Numbered from the stretch's first letter, positions 1 to 10,435 are shown. The stretch is DNA of 64,000 nt from Kiritimatiellia bacterium (GCA_050949565.1 JBMNFY010000008.1:320001-384000), one strand, 5' to 3'. The notes: generated from the letters alone by a model not told the origin. Made by a program: numbers and translations.

Positions 1-843
1 CAAGACGCCGATTGAAAACAGGAACCCGAACTCTTCGCCACCGATCGCAAAGATGAAGTCAGTGTGTGCCTCGGGCAGATAGTTGTACTTCTGGATGCTC
101 TGGTTGAACCCGACACCCCAAGGCCCGCCGTTCTCGAAGGCGATGAGCGCCTGCTTCAACTGGTAGGCAGCGGCCGAACCGCTCTCCTCACCATGCAGCC
201 AGGCCCTGATGCGTTCCATGCGGTTGGCATTGGCGAGCACGAAGGTACCGACCACAGCAATCCCCGCCGCACCAAAACCCAGCAGATAGATGATTCGGGT
301 ACCGGCCACAAACATCAGCAGTCCGCCGACCACGCAGACCACCATCGTCGCGCCGAAATCGGGTTCGAGTACAAGCAACGCTGCGATCACTCCGAAGCCG
401 AGCACTGGAATGACCGCACCCTTCCAGAATTGACGTACGCAGCGCCCGATGCGATCCATCCAGACGCTCATCACCACCACCGTCATGAACTTCGCGAATT
501 CGCTCGGCTGCACACGGAACGGCCCAAAGCCTAGCCAGCGGTAACTGCCTTTGACCTTGACACCGATCCCCGGCACGAAAACCAGCATCAGCGCCAGCAC
601 CACAAACAGATAAAGCCCGATGCTCAGCGCCGGAGTCTCTTTCCACCAGTGGTAATCAAACCGGGAGGCAGCCCAAGCCACGCCGAGAGCCAAGACCATC
701 CATATCAACTGACGGTTAACAAAGAAGTGCGGGTCGCCGTAAAGACCCTGCGCCCGCACTGAACTGGCCGTTGCCAGCAAAACAATCCCGAAACCCAGCA
801 GCGACAGGACGACGAGAGCCAACGCCATCAGCGTCGTACGCAT
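1..843 (-). CDS. ftsW: Cell division protein FtsW (SEDS family), 3' end runs off the window
   Basis: Manual translation from ATG at 843: MRTTLMALALVVLSLLGFGIVLLATASS...FVNRQLIW...GSYRWLGFGPFRVQPSEFAK...EPDFG...YLPEAHTDFIFAIGGEEFG; SEDS motifs and dcw context. Absent from the ORF track because it has no stop in the window. Confidence 0.95.
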   Translation of the reverse strand, partial: MRTTLMALALVVLSLLGFGIVLLATASSVRAQGLYGDPHFFVNRQLIWMVLALGVAWAASRFDYHWWKETPALSIGLYLFVVLALMLVFVPGIGVKVKGSYRWLGFGPFRVQPSEFAKFMTVVVMSVWMDRIGRCVRQFWKGAVIPVLGFGVIAALLVLEPDFGATMVVCVVGGLLMFVAGTRIIYLLGFGAAGIAVVGTFVLANANRMERIRAWLHGEESGSAAAYQLKQALIAFENGGPWGVGFNQSIQKYNYLPEAHTDFIFAIGGEEFGFLFSIGVL

Positions 844-860
844 GTCTCAGCCTCTCGCTG

Positions 861-1907
861 TTATCTTACGCCGCCAGGGATCTTCAGGACGGAACCAGCC
901 TTCAGTTCCGAACCGGTCAGGTTGTTCAACGACTTCAGATCGCTCGGGCTGACACCCCAGCGGATCGCGACCGCATACAGATCCTCGCCTTCTTTGACCG
1001 TGTAGGTCTGGACATTCGGATCAGCGGCAACCGGAGATACCGTCGCGGGGGCAGCGGTGGTCTCCACCTTCACAGGCGCGCTCTCAACCGGAGCGGGCGC
1101 AACAGTCTCGGCGGTAGCAGCCGGAGCAGGCGGCGGTGTCGCAACAGTCGCTTGGGGCTTCGTTTCGGTCTTGGGTGTCGAGGCCGTTGCCTTCGGCGCA
1201 GCCATCTTCGGCGCGGCGGCCTTGGGTGCCGCAGCCTTGGCTGATGTCGTTCCGGCAGGCGTCTTGGTCGCGCCCACAATCTTCAGCTTCTGACCGACGA
1301 GGATTTTGTCGCCCTTAATCCCGTTCGCCGCGCGCAGGTCCGCAGTCTTGACACCGTGCCGGTGGGCAATCACGGAGAGCGAATCACCCGGCTTGACCAC
1401 ATAGATGGTGGTGGAGCCCGAAGCAGGCGCAGCCGTCGCCTTCGGAGCGGAGACCTTGGGCGCGCTCGCGCGAGGCGCTTTCGGTGTCGTCGCCGGCACC
1501 GTACGCACCTGCCCCAGATCAATCTGACCCGGAAGCTGAATCACTTGACCGATACGCAGACGGTTCGGCGAGATCCCGGGGTTGACCGCTACCACATCCT
1601 GCCAGCGCAGGTTGTACTTGTAGGCCACCGCAGAAATCGTGTCGCCCTTCTGAATCGTGTAGGGCGTTGTACTCGCCACCGGCGGCAGCGCGACAGGCGC
1701 CGTCTCCACGGTCGCTGGCACCACCTCAACCGGTGATGCCGACGCGGCCGGTTCTATAATCTGTACCTCGACCGGAGGCAGATCACCACCCGGTAACTCG
1801 CTCACGGTGTGATCCTTCGGTTTTCCAAACATTCCGCAACCTTGCAGCAGGAGGCATCCCGCCACCAGATTCGCACCCGCAGCAATACGCATGATTTGAC
1901 GATTCAT
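861..1907 (-). CDS. LysM peptidoglycan-binding lipoprotein (3 LysM domains, Pro/Ala/Lys linkers)
   Basis: Three LysM motifs (YTIQKGDTISAVA, YVVKPGDSLSVIA, YTVKEGEDLYAVA); lipobox-like LQGC; lies between murD and ftsW. Confidence 0.9.
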   Translation of the reverse strand: MNRQIMRIAAGANLVAGCLLLQGCGMFGKPKDHTVSELPGGDLPPVEVQIIEPAASASPVEVVPATVETAPVALPPVASTTPYTIQKGDTISAVAYKYNLRWQDVVAVNPGISPNRLRIGQVIQLPGQIDLGQVRTVPATTPKAPRASAPKVSAPKATAAPASGSTTIYVVKPGDSLSVIAHRHGVKTADLRAANGIKGDKILVGQKLKIVGATKTPAGTTSAKAAAPKAAAPKMAAPKATASTPKTETKPQATVATPPPAPAATAETVAPAPVESAPVKVETTAAPATVSPVAADPNVQTYTVKEGEDLYAVAIRWGVSPSDLKSLNNLTGSELKAGSVLKIPGGVR

Positions 1908-3295
1908 TGTGTCTCCTTATCCTTCTTGCCTTCAGAAAAGAAACGCTCATCAAGATCCGCAACCGCACGGACCCTCTCAGTAAAACGTTCTCCCCTTTCC
2001 CGATAGCTGGTAAATTGATCAAAGCTAGCTGTGCCCGGCGACAACAGTACAATCTCACCCGGCAGTGCCTCGCGCTGGGCGGCGTCAACGGCCCGCTCGA
2101 GCGTGCCGCACTCCTCACAAGGGACGGACGCCGACCACGCCTGAAACATCTGCTCAGCACATCGCCCAATAAGATACACTTTTTCTACGGTTTGTGTCAG
2201 CAACTCTTTTACGCCATCTAGCTCTTTTTCTTTGAGGAGCCCGCCGGCGATTAAGCGCACCCGTCCCCGTGCCATCCGCAACGCGGCGGCAGTCGCCGCC
2301 AGCGTGGTGGCCTTGGAGTCGTTGATGTACCGCACCCCCTGCCGACTGACAGCAACCGTCTGCATGCGGTGCGCCAACGGTTCGAAGCAAGTCAAACCGG
2401 CCTCAATCTGCACATCACTCAATCCCGCATGAATCAACGCAGCCACGCCGGCCGCCGCTGCCGCACTCAGAACGGCATTGTCAAACCAACTCCCCTGCAG
2501 GCTGACCCTGCGGGCATCGCCGCGCAGCACACCCGTCACCGCGTGTTTTTCACAGGCCCAGTCGCAGCCCGCATCCGTCCCGAAGCGTAACAGTTCGACA
2601 CCTTCCGGGATGCGTCCTTCATGCGTCAACCCCGCAGGCAACAGCGCAACACTTCCGGAACGCATGGCGGCAAACAGTGACAACTTGAGCGCCTTGTACT
2701 CGGCCATGTCCGCATGACGGTCAAGATGGTCGACTTGAAGATTCAGCAGGATCGCAATATCTGGACTGAATGTCCGCGTGTGCTCCATCTGAAACGAACT
2801 GACTTCCGTCACCGCCCAGCATAACTCCGGCTGCTCCAACGCCAGCCTGCTGAGTGGAATTCCATAATTGCCGGCTGGCGACGCGGTCACGCCCGCCCTA
2901 TTCAACGTATCCGCGCAGAGCTTGACCAACGAACTCTTGCCCTTGCTGCCGGTCACGGCCAACACGCGCCCCGGCCAGTAACGCGCGCCCAATTCCAGCT
3001 CTGAAATGACCGGTAAACCGCGCGTACGGCACGCCACGATCCACGGATGCTGCATGGTAAATCCCGGACTTGTGACGCACACGTCAAACGGCTCGTCCGG
3101 TAACTCGCCGACGCCAAATCGTACGCTGGCCCCGGCACCGCGCAATCGCTCCGCCACAACGGCGCTGGCCGCGCCGTCGCCTTCATCCAGCACCTGCACA
3201 CGCGCACCGCGCGACACCAACAGCAGCGCTGCCGCCTCGCCGCTGGCCCCGGCACCCAGCACCAGCGCATTCACCTGGTCATACGGTCCATGCAT
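1904..3295 (-). CDS. murD: UDP-N-acetylmuramoyl-L-alanine--D-glutamate ligase
   Basis: VLGAGASG, SPG, TGSKGKSS P-loop, EVSSFQ, DHLDRH, NDSKAT, LLSPGTASFDQF motifs. Confidence 0.95.
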   Translation of the reverse strand: MHGPYDQVNALVLGAGASGEAAALLLVSRGARVQVLDEGDGAASAVVAERLRGAGASVRFGVGELPDEPFDVCVTSPGFTMQHPWIVACRTRGLPVISELELGARYWPGRVLAVTGSKGKSSLVKLCADTLNRAGVTASPAGNYGIPLSRLALEQPELCWAVTEVSSFQMEHTRTFSPDIAILLNLQVDHLDRHADMAEYKALKLSLFAAMRSGSVALLPAGLTHEGRIPEGVELLRFGTDAGCDWACEKHAVTGVLRGDARRVSLQGSWFDNAVLSAAAAAGVAALIHAGLSDVQIEAGLTCFEPLAHRMQTVAVSRQGVRYINDSKATTLAATAAALRMARGRVRLIAGGLLKEKELDGVKELLTQTVEKVYLIGRCAEQMFQAWSASVPCEECGTLERAVDAAQREALPGEIVLLSPGTASFDQFTSYRERGERFTERVRAVADLDERFFSEGKKDKETQ

Positions 3296-4673
3296 CTAAC
3301 ACTCGCTCCAACTCCATCTTGCGTGACGCCTTTAGTAACACGTTATCTCCGGCACGAACCCGCATGCGCAGAATCGCTGCCGCATCCGCCGTGTCCGCGC
3401 AGCACATCATCCGCGCCGCCGGAAAACCGCACTTCACCGCTTCATCCGCCACGTAGCGCGACGTGTTCGGCCCCACGCCGATCATCTCATCCGGTGCCAG
3501 CGCCGCCACCACGCGCCCCACTTCGCGATGCAACGCTTCGGCATGCGCACCTAATTCTCCCATATCACCCAACACCGCGATCCGCCGACCGTCACAAGGC
3601 ATCTGCATGAAGGTGCGCAACACCGCGATCATGCTCTGTGGATTGGCGTTGTAAGCGTCGTTCACCACGGTGATACCTTCCCGCTTGCTCACGGCCCAAC
3701 GCATCTCTGGAAGGGTTAAGCACGCGAGCCCCTCCGCTGCGTCCGCCGCCGATACACCCGCCGTGCGCGCCGCAGCAAAAGCGAGCAGCAAGTTCGAGGC
3801 GTTGTGTTCGCCGGGCAAGCCGCAACACAACTCGATCTCCGCACCCGTCGCGCGCTCTGACACCCGAATCCGGCCCGCCAGCAAATCCAGCGGCTCGCCG
3901 TAAAAATCCGCATCGCGCGTCACCAGCGAGGTCGTCACGAGCGGTGCCGCCGCACAAGCCGCCAAGCGCTCAAAGCAGGCGGTCTCATGACAGAGCACCG
4001 CCGCACCGTCGGACGGCAACGCGCGCAACAGTTCGCCCTTCTCAAACGCAATCGCCTCCTGCGAACCGAAGTGTTCGATGTGAGCGCTTCCGATGCTGGA
4101 GATAAGCGCGATCTCGGGACGCAGCACATCGGCCAACACCGCGATTTCGCCCGGATGGTTCGTGCCAACCTCAAAGATGCCGTACGCCGTCTCCGCACCC
4201 AGCGTCAACAGGCTTAACGGCAACCCGATTTCATTGTTCAAATTGCCGCGCGTGGCACAAACCGAGCCGCCGCCGCTGCAGAGCGCGGCGGTCATCTCTT
4301 TGACTGTGGTTTTCCCAGAACTGCCGGTGATGCCCACGATGCGCGCCGTCTGCCGTAATCGCCAAGCGCGCGCGACATCGGCCAGCGCACGTCGCGCGTC
4401 ATCCACGCGGATCAACGGCCATCCGGCAGCCTCTTCGGGCGCACGCCACGCCCGCTCCACCAACGCTGCGGCCGCCCCCTTCTGGAGCGCCTGCGCAACA
4501 AAATCGTGACCGTCGAAACGTTCGCCGCGCAAAGCGATGTAGAGACAACCCGGCGTCACCTGCCGCGAATCTTGCGTCACGCCGCAAAAGGTCGCCGGCA
4601 ACGCCTGCGCGTCGCCGTGCGCCCACGCGGCAAACTCGGCCGCGTCAAACACCTGTGGTTGACCGTTTGACAT
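3279..4673 (-). CDS. murF: UDP-N-acetylmuramoyl-tripeptide--D-alanyl-D-alanine ligase
   Basis: DSR, GERFDGHDF, ITGSSGKTTVKE, NNEIGLP, NDAYNANP, LGDMGELG, KASR motifs; start moved to ATG at 4673. Confidence 0.95.
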   Translation of the reverse strand: MSNGQPQVFDAAEFAAWAHGDAQALPATFCGVTQDSRQVTPGCLYIALRGERFDGHDFVAQALQKGAAAALVERAWRAPEEAAGWPLIRVDDARRALADVARAWRLRQTARIVGITGSSGKTTVKEMTAALCSGGGSVCATRGNLNNEIGLPLSLLTLGAETAYGIFEVGTNHPGEIAVLADVLRPEIALISSIGSAHIEHFGSQEAIAFEKGELLRALPSDGAAVLCHETACFERLAACAAAPLVTTSLVTRDADFYGEPLDLLAGRIRVSERATGAEIELCCGLPGEHNASNLLLAFAAARTAGVSAADAAEGLACLTLPEMRWAVSKREGITVVNDAYNANPQSMIAVLRTFMQMPCDGRRIAVLGDMGELGAHAEALHREVGRVVAALAPDEMIGVGPNTSRYVADEAVKCGFPAARMMCCADTADAAAILRMRVRAGDNVLLKASRKMELERVLDAWTV

Positions 4674-4705
4674 GTTCAGATTATCCGACTCTGCCGACGT
4701 AGCAA

Positions 4706-5147
4706 CTAATGCGGGCAAAGCCCGCAACCCAATTCAACCTCACACAAAGGCACAAAGGCCACAACGTTTCCCATTTTTGCGCACCACCCAGATGCCACCC
4801 TCCACTCTTGCCATCGGGCTTGCGAAGCGCAGGGAGGGGCAAGCGTCTGCTTGCCCGCGGACGAGCGACGCTCGTCCCTCCCATCCTTCCGCACAGCGGA
4901 AGGCGGCTCGTGGGGACACTCGCCCTCCAACCTTCGCGCCTTCGCGTGAAACAGCAGAGCAGTGCTTTTACTCTCACGATTGCGAGCCACTGCGTGGCCG
5001 CAATAAGGGAAGTTGACTCGCGACCCGCGACTTGCGACTTGCGGCCAGCCCTGCCCCCAAAAAAATCTGCGTAATCTGTGTCCATCTGTGGATAAAAAAA
5101 ACCGAGCAGTGTTCTCAGAAACCCTTAGTGCCCTTCGTGTCTTACCT
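4706..5147. repeat. Mosaic of intergenic repeat modules (REP-like palindromes, triplet motifs, CCGAGCA linker)
   Basis: 4706-4732 matches 37445-37471; 4832-4882 is the reverse complement of 57321-57374; ATCTG triplet at 5065-5093 followed by CCGAGCAGTG at 5102. Confidence 0.8.
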
Positions 5148-6629
5148 TCATGTGAGAACTAACGTGCGCGCCTCCTCCGCCACAACCCGCCGGTCATCGA
5201 ACGGCACGGTGCGATCCGCAAGCTCCTGAAACGGCTCGTGGCCTTTGCCCGCCACCAGCACCACGTCGTCGGGTTCGGCCTCGGTCAACGCCAATCGAAT
5301 AGCCATGCGGCGGTCGGGCTCGACCGCTACCGTCGCGCCGGTCGGCACGCCCGCCAAAATCTCATTGATGATCGCCATCGGCTCTTCGCTGCGCGGATTG
5401 TCCGAGGTCACCACCGCTAAGTCGGCAAGTTCAGCGCAGACACGTCCCATCAACGGACGCTTGGAACGATCACGATCGCCGCCGCATCCAAAAACAACAA
5501 TCAAGCGGCCGCGCGTGATTTCACGCAGCGTGGTGAGCACATTGCACAACGCATCGTCGGTATGCGCGTAATCGACGAACACGGCGGCGGGTAGCGCGGT
5601 GGCCACACGTTCGAGACGTCCCCACTGCGGGCGCACCTGCTCCAGCGTTGCAGCCACAGTATCAAGCGAAACACCCGCGTCAAGGGCGAGTCCCGCCGCG
5701 CACAGCATATTGGCGATGTTGTAACGACCGGCCAGATGCACGTCCAACTCACAGCGATCGCCATCCGGCGTGACCAGCGTGAAGCGACTGCCATCGGGCG
5801 TTACCGACACGTTTTCAGCACGCAGGTCAGCATCCGGCGTGAAGCCGCAGGTGACGCAACGCAGCGGAAGCGTTGCGATATACTCAGCCATGCGCGCGCC
5901 GTAGTCGGAACCGCCATTGAGGCAGCAGACTGCTGCCGCGCCGGGATGGTCTTGTGCAAGTTGCTTGAACAACTGTTGCTTGGTCTGGAAATACGCTTCC
6001 ATCGAGCCGTGATAATCGAGATGGTCTTGCGAGAGGTTGGTAAAGACGGCGGCTTCGAAACGCAGGAATGCGGTGCGCTGCTGTTCCAATGCATGGGAGG
6101 AAACCTCCATCACCGCCGAATCACAACCGGCGCACCGCATCGCAGCCAGCAGACTCTGCAACTCGCAGGCGTCGGGCGTGGTGCGTGTGGCCGGAATCGC
6201 GCGACCGCCATATTCGATCTGCACGGTGGAAAGCAAACCCGGTGTGTTGCCACCGGCACGTAGCAATTCGCGCAACAGCCAAGCGGTGGTGGTCTTGCCG
6301 TTCGTACCGGTAACGCCATACACGCGCAGTGCCTTTGCAGGCCAGCCGTTCAGTGCGGCCGCGAGACAGGCCAGTGCGCCGCGAGCATCATTGACCAAAA
6401 TCGTCTGCTTAGACGCATCCGGCACCGGTTTCTCCGCCAGTACCGCGACAGCGCCCTTGGCCAACGCAGCGGCCGCATAGCGCGCGCCGTCATCGCGCCT
6501 CCCGACCAGCGCCACAAAAAGATCGCCCGGCCTGACCCGCCGCGAATCGCTTTGTACACCACTGAAGTCAAGCGCAGGCGGCTTATCTTTCAAGAACGGG
6601 ATGATCTCTGGAATGTCTGTAAATTTCAT
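5148..6629 (-). CDS. murE: UDP-N-acetylmuramoyl-L-alanyl-D-glutamate--2,6-diaminopimelate ligase
   Basis: GVTGTNGKTT, TTPD, MEVSSH, DHLDYH, DYAHT, GCGGDRDRSKR, DNPR (meso-DAP type), AGKGHE; start ATG 6629 or 6668. Confidence 0.96.
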   Translation of the reverse strand: MKFTDIPEIIPFLKDKPPALDFSGVQSDSRRVRPGDLFVALVGRRDDGARYAAAALAKGAVAVLAEKPVPDASKQTILVNDARGALACLAAALNGWPAKALRVYGVTGTNGKTTTAWLLRELLRAGGNTPGLLSTVQIEYGGRAIPATRTTPDACELQSLLAAMRCAGCDSAVMEVSSHALEQQRTAFLRFEAAVFTNLSQDHLDYHGSMEAYFQTKQQLFKQLAQDHPGAAAVCCLNGGSDYGARMAEYIATLPLRCVTCGFTPDADLRAENVSVTPDGSRFTLVTPDGDRCELDVHLAGRYNIANMLCAAGLALDAGVSLDTVAATLEQVRPQWGRLERVATALPAAVFVDYAHTDDALCNVLTTLREITRGRLIVVFGCGGDRDRSKRPLMGRVCAELADLAVVTSDNPRSEEPMAIINEILAGVPTGATVAVEPDRRMAIRLALTEAEPDDVVLVAGKGHEPFQELADRTVPFDDRRVVAEEARTLVLT

Positions 6630-6671
6630 CAAAGTCTTTCTCTCTGTCCGCAAAGGGGTTTGTCGCACAGG

Positions 6672-8393
6672 CTACGGTTGCGCCAATCTCAGGTCGTCAT
6701 CGTCAAGGGGCAGGTCCGGGTCAAGCGCAAGATACCGCGCGGTAGCCGTGGCGATCCGAGCGAAGACCGGGGCCGCCACAAAACCGCCCGTGTGCTGAGG
6801 ACGTGGCCGCTCAACCGAAACCAACACGCTGAAGACCGGTTTGCTGGCCGGTACGAAACCCACAAAAGAGGCGTAGTAATCGGTGCTCGAATATCCTCCG
6901 GGCACCGCCTTCTGCGCCGTGCCGGTTTTACCCGCGATGGAGAAGCCCTTGACTGAAGCGCGCTTGCCGGTGCCCCCCTCTTCGGTGACCCCCGTCAGCA
7001 TCTCGCGCACGGCGCGCGCCACCTCGGGACGCACCGGACAGCCAATAACCTCGGGCTTGGCGCGCATGATGACCTCGCCGCTGGGTGATACGATCCGGTC
7101 AACCACATACGGCCGCATCATACGTCCGTCGTTGGCCAGCGTGGAATACGCATTGATCATCTGGAGGCCGGTCACCGCGATACCCTGTCCGATCGGGATA
7201 CGTGTGGGCTTAAGCTTGTCCCACTGCTTCGCCCGCGCCAGAATGCCGTTCTCCTCGCCGGGCAGTTCAATGCCCAGCTTACTGCCGAAGTTGAATGCGC
7301 GCAGATAAGCTTCCAGCTTTTGCGGGCCGAGCCGGAGGCCCATTTTCGCGCAAGCGATGTTGCTGGATTTTTTGAGCGCCGTACTCACGCTGACGCGGCC
7401 GTAAACATGATCGCGGAGCGGCTTGCCGGCATAGAACCACACCCCTTCGCCCACCTCATACTCCGTCTCGGGAGTGGCCAGCCGCTCATTCAGCAGCGCC
7501 GCCACCGTCACCGCCTTCATGATCGAACCCGGCTCATAGACAATTGCCAACGCGTTGTTGCGCCAGACGTCCAAGGTGGTTTCCGTGTATCTTTCCGGCT
7601 CGAAATCTGGAAAGGAGGCCATCGCCAATATCTTTCCAGTGCTGATGTGCTGCACGATGGCCCATGCCGAGAGCGCGTCAAATTTTTCAACCACCTCTTG
7701 GATTGCGCGCTCCACTTCATATTGGATGCGATGATCGAGTGTCAAATAGATGTCCGAGCCCGCGATGGGCGGCACATGGATTTTACGGCGGCTGAAAATC
7801 TCACGGCGCCCGGCATCCTTCTCGCCCTCGATCAAGCCGGGCGTGCCCGTTAGATAGCTGTTGAATTGCTGCTCAATGCCCGCTCCGCCGACGCCCATGT
7901 TGTTCACAAAGCCCAGCACATGCGACATGCGTCGGCCTTGCGGGTAACGGCGGATGACAATATCCTCAGAGGCCACACCACTGATCGTCTTAGGATCGGA
8001 CAACGCCTCGAACACCTCATCATCCAGACTGATCCCGAGCTTGATGTAGCGCGAGTCGGTACGCTTGAACTGGGCCAGTACTGACTCCTCGGACAGGTCG
8101 AGTCGCTGAGCCACCTTCTGCGCGATCTGACGCACGTCATGCTCTTTTTTGACCGCCTTCGGATCAAGGTAGAAGAGCCGCGCAGGCAGACTAACCGCCA
8201 TGGGATACTGCTTACCGTTACAGTCGTAAATCCCACCGCGCAACCCCAGCAGGACACGCTTGTATTCGCGCCCCGTTACCTTAGAATGGTCCGAGAGGTG
8301 GAGATAGCAGAGCTTGGCACCCAGTCCGCAAAACGCCAAGAGTAACGACAGCGCAACCAACCAGATGCGAATCTGTATACCACGGTCATACAT
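6672..8393 (-). CDS. ftsI: Class B penicillin-binding protein (FtsI/PBP3-like)
   Basis: N-terminal TM, RGGIYD, RRYPQG, EPGSIMK (SxxK), SSN (SxN), KTGTAQ. Confidence 0.93.
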   Translation of the reverse strand: MYDRGIQIRIWLVALSLLLAFCGLGAKLCYLHLSDHSKVTGREYKRVLLGLRGGIYDCNGKQYPMAVSLPARLFYLDPKAVKKEHDVRQIAQKVAQRLDLSEESVLAQFKRTDSRYIKLGISLDDEVFEALSDPKTISGVASEDIVIRRYPQGRRMSHVLGFVNNMGVGGAGIEQQFNSYLTGTPGLIEGEKDAGRREIFSRRKIHVPPIAGSDIYLTLDHRIQYEVERAIQEVVEKFDALSAWAIVQHISTGKILAMASFPDFEPERYTETTLDVWRNNALAIVYEPGSIMKAVTVAALLNERLATPETEYEVGEGVWFYAGKPLRDHVYGRVSVSTALKKSSNIACAKMGLRLGPQKLEAYLRAFNFGSKLGIELPGEENGILARAKQWDKLKPTRIPIGQGIAVTGLQMINAYSTLANDGRMMRPYVVDRIVSPSGEVIMRAKPEVIGCPVRPEVARAVREMLTGVTEEGGTGKRASVKGFSIAGKTGTAQKAVPGGYSSTDYYASFVGFVPASKPVFSVLVSVERPRPQHTGGFVAAPVFARIATATARYLALDPDLPLDDDDLRLAQP

Positions 8394-8416
8394 GGCGCGC
8401 TGTCACCCTCGCCACG

Positions 8417-8812
8417 TCATTTTTTAGGCTGCGTTCTGACCACACGTTCCGTCGCACTTTGACTGCGCCTGAAACGGGCGATAGAAAGTTGTCCCTCGAT
8501 CGGCACTCCCGATGCGTCCATGCGCACGACTTGTTCGGCGGACGGGTACGACATGGCGATCCCGTGCTGCAACATCGCCTCTTCCAACTTCTCCGGCGTG
8601 TTCTTCTCGTTCCAGCGCATCTCTTCACGGGCATACTCAGCTTCGAGCGCCTGAAGCTTCTGCTCGTATTTACGGATCTCCTGACCATCCACATCGCACT
8701 TGGAATCCATCATCCAGTACAGCAGCACCAGTCCGATCATCAACAAAAAAACGCCGGCCACCGAGCGAGGCACCACTTTCGCGTGTACATTTCTTTTCCG
8801 ATTTCGTCTCAT
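8417..8812 (-). CDS. ftsL: FtsL-like cell division protein
   Basis: Basic N-terminus, single TM, coiled coil; position between rsmH and ftsI. Confidence 0.7.
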   Translation of the reverse strand: MRRNRKRNVHAKVVPRSVAGVFLLMIGLVLLYWMMDSKCDVDGQEIRKYEQKLQALEAEYAREEMRWNEKNTPEKLEEAMLQHGIAMSYPSAEQVVRMDASGVPIEGQLSIARFRRSQSATERVVRTQPKK

Positions 8813-8868
8813 CGCACATCCTCCTATAAACTGTCGTTCATTCCATCAAACCGCTTCACAACATCCAT

Positions 8869-9807
8869 TCAATCTCGCACCGGCGTCTCACAACGCTGCA
8901 CGACCCTCAACTTCGCCGAGCGCGCCCTCGGGTTGGCCGCCAACTCCTCCGGTCCCGCCTCCAACGGACGCCGTGTCACCCGCATCACAGCGGGCAATTC
9001 GCCTTCCCAGCGTTCGCCGCCCTGCTGCAGGGAGACCCAACGCCCCGCATGCGCCGCGAAACGCCGCTTGACCAGCCGGTCGGTGATGCTCTCAAACGTG
9101 ATCACCGCCATCCGTCCGCCCGGCTTGAGGAGTTGCAACCCCTCCTCCAACGCCCGTTCCAAATCCTCCAGTTCCTGGTTCACCGCCATGCGCAACGCCT
9201 GAAACACGCGTGTCGCCGGGTGCCGCGGCCCGCTGCGTCCGCCCGCGGCCTCCGCCACCACCTCCGCCAGACGACCGGTTGTGACGATCGGCGCCTGACG
9301 CCGCGCACGAACGACCGCCTGAGCGATCTGCCGCGCGCGAGGCTCCTCACCGAGCCTCCGAAAAATGTCTGAGAGGGACTGCACGTCCAGCCTTGCCAGC
9401 AGGTCGGCCGCCGACTCCCCCCGAGTCGTATCCATGCGCATGTCCAGGGATCCGTCAAATCGGAAGCTGAACCCCCGTCCAGGCGTGTCGAGCTGATCGG
9501 ATGACACGCCCAGATCCAGCAGCACACCGTCCACTGCCGCAAACCCGTTCGCTTCGGCCAGGCACCGCAGCTCACCATGAGCGCCGTGCACCAGCACCTT
9601 CTCGCCAGACAACACCGCCAGCCGCTCCGCCGAGCGTTCCAGGGCCGTCACGTCCCTGTCGATCCCCAGCAGCCGGCCGGCCGGCCCCGCGCGCCTCAAG
9701 ATCTCCGCCGCGTGGCCCGCACCGCCGAGTGTTCCGTCGATGTAGCTGCCGCCGGGGACCACCGCCAGGGCGTCCACCGTCTCCTGCAGCAACACCGGCA
9801 GGTGCAT
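8869..9807 (-). CDS. rsmH: 16S rRNA m4C1402 methyltransferase RsmH/MraW
   Basis: MHLPVLLQE, DGTLGGAGHA, DLGVSSDQLD, LDMRMD, FQALRMAVN, NPRARSAKLR; start moved to ATG at 9807. Confidence 0.97.
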   Translation of the reverse strand: MHLPVLLQETVDALAVVPGGSYIDGTLGGAGHAAEILRRAGPAGRLLGIDRDVTALERSAERLAVLSGEKVLVHGAHGELRCLAEANGFAAVDGVLLDLGVSSDQLDTPGRGFSFRFDGSLDMRMDTTRGESAADLLARLDVQSLSDIFRRLGEEPRARQIAQAVVRARRQAPIVTTGRLAEVVAEAAGGRSGPRHPATRVFQALRMAVNQELEDLERALEEGLQLLKPGGRMAVITFESITDRLVKRRFAAHAGRWVSLQQGGERWEGELPAVMRVTRRPLEAGPEELAANPRARSAKLRVVQRCETPVRD

Positions 9808-9955
9808 CGTCCCTCCAGACTGAATCCGTTCCAAATAACGATCGCGCAGCAAAACGGTCCCTTCCAGAACACGCGTCCGCCTTCCAGACGGGGACGCCCT
9901 GCCCGCGATCCAAATCCTCTTGTCAAACTGCACCGGCATCCCGCCGGGCAGCACG

Positions 9956-10435
9956 TTAGAACTCCAGCACCTCGCACGCCGCCGCCAGCGCCGCCTGATC
10001 CACCGTCTCGGTCTCCGGCCGCATTTCGGGCGACCAGAGCTGGATGCGGTTCATCGCGCCGATCATCACCACCTTGCTGCTCAGGCCGGCGAAGGCCAGC
10101 AACCGATCCTTGATGCGGATCCGTCCCTGTACGTCCAACACCGCCTGCTCGGCGTTCTCACCGAACACCCTCAGTGCCTCGTGCGCGCGCTTGTCGAAGA
10201 GCGGCCGCTGCCGCAACTTCTCAAGCCGCCCCTCCATCTCCGCCGGAGGGATCAGGTTCAGACACCGCTCGTTCGGGTCGGGAAACACATACACATGCGC
10301 CGGTGATCCCATCAGGTCGCGCCAGCCCGCAGGCACGGTCAGCCGTTTCTTGGGGTCCAAAGCATGGTCAAACCGCCCGACCAGCAAGCCCGGTCCGGCA
10401 GTCGCCGCCATACTCTGTCCATCATTAGAAACCAT
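9956..10435 (-). CDS. mraZ: Transcriptional regulator MraZ
   Basis: Two DxxxR motifs (LDPKKRLTVP, LDVQGRIRI), IQLWS; first gene of the dcw cluster; start 10435 or 10411. Confidence 0.93.
   Translation of the reverse strand: MVSNDGQSMAATAGPGLLVGRFDHALDPKKRLTVPAGWRDLMGSPAHVYVFPDPNERCLNLIPPAEMEGRLEKLRQRPLFDKRAHEALRVFGENAEQAVLDVQGRIRIKDRLLAFAGLSSKVVMIGAMNRIQLWSPEMRPETETVDQAALAAACEVLEF

Noticed and set aside
4672-5229. Short ORFs in the murE-murF spacer, and similar ones at 24822-25436, 57158-57689 and 62202-62542
   Set aside because: They translate repeat modules; the same peptide fragments recur at other repeat loci
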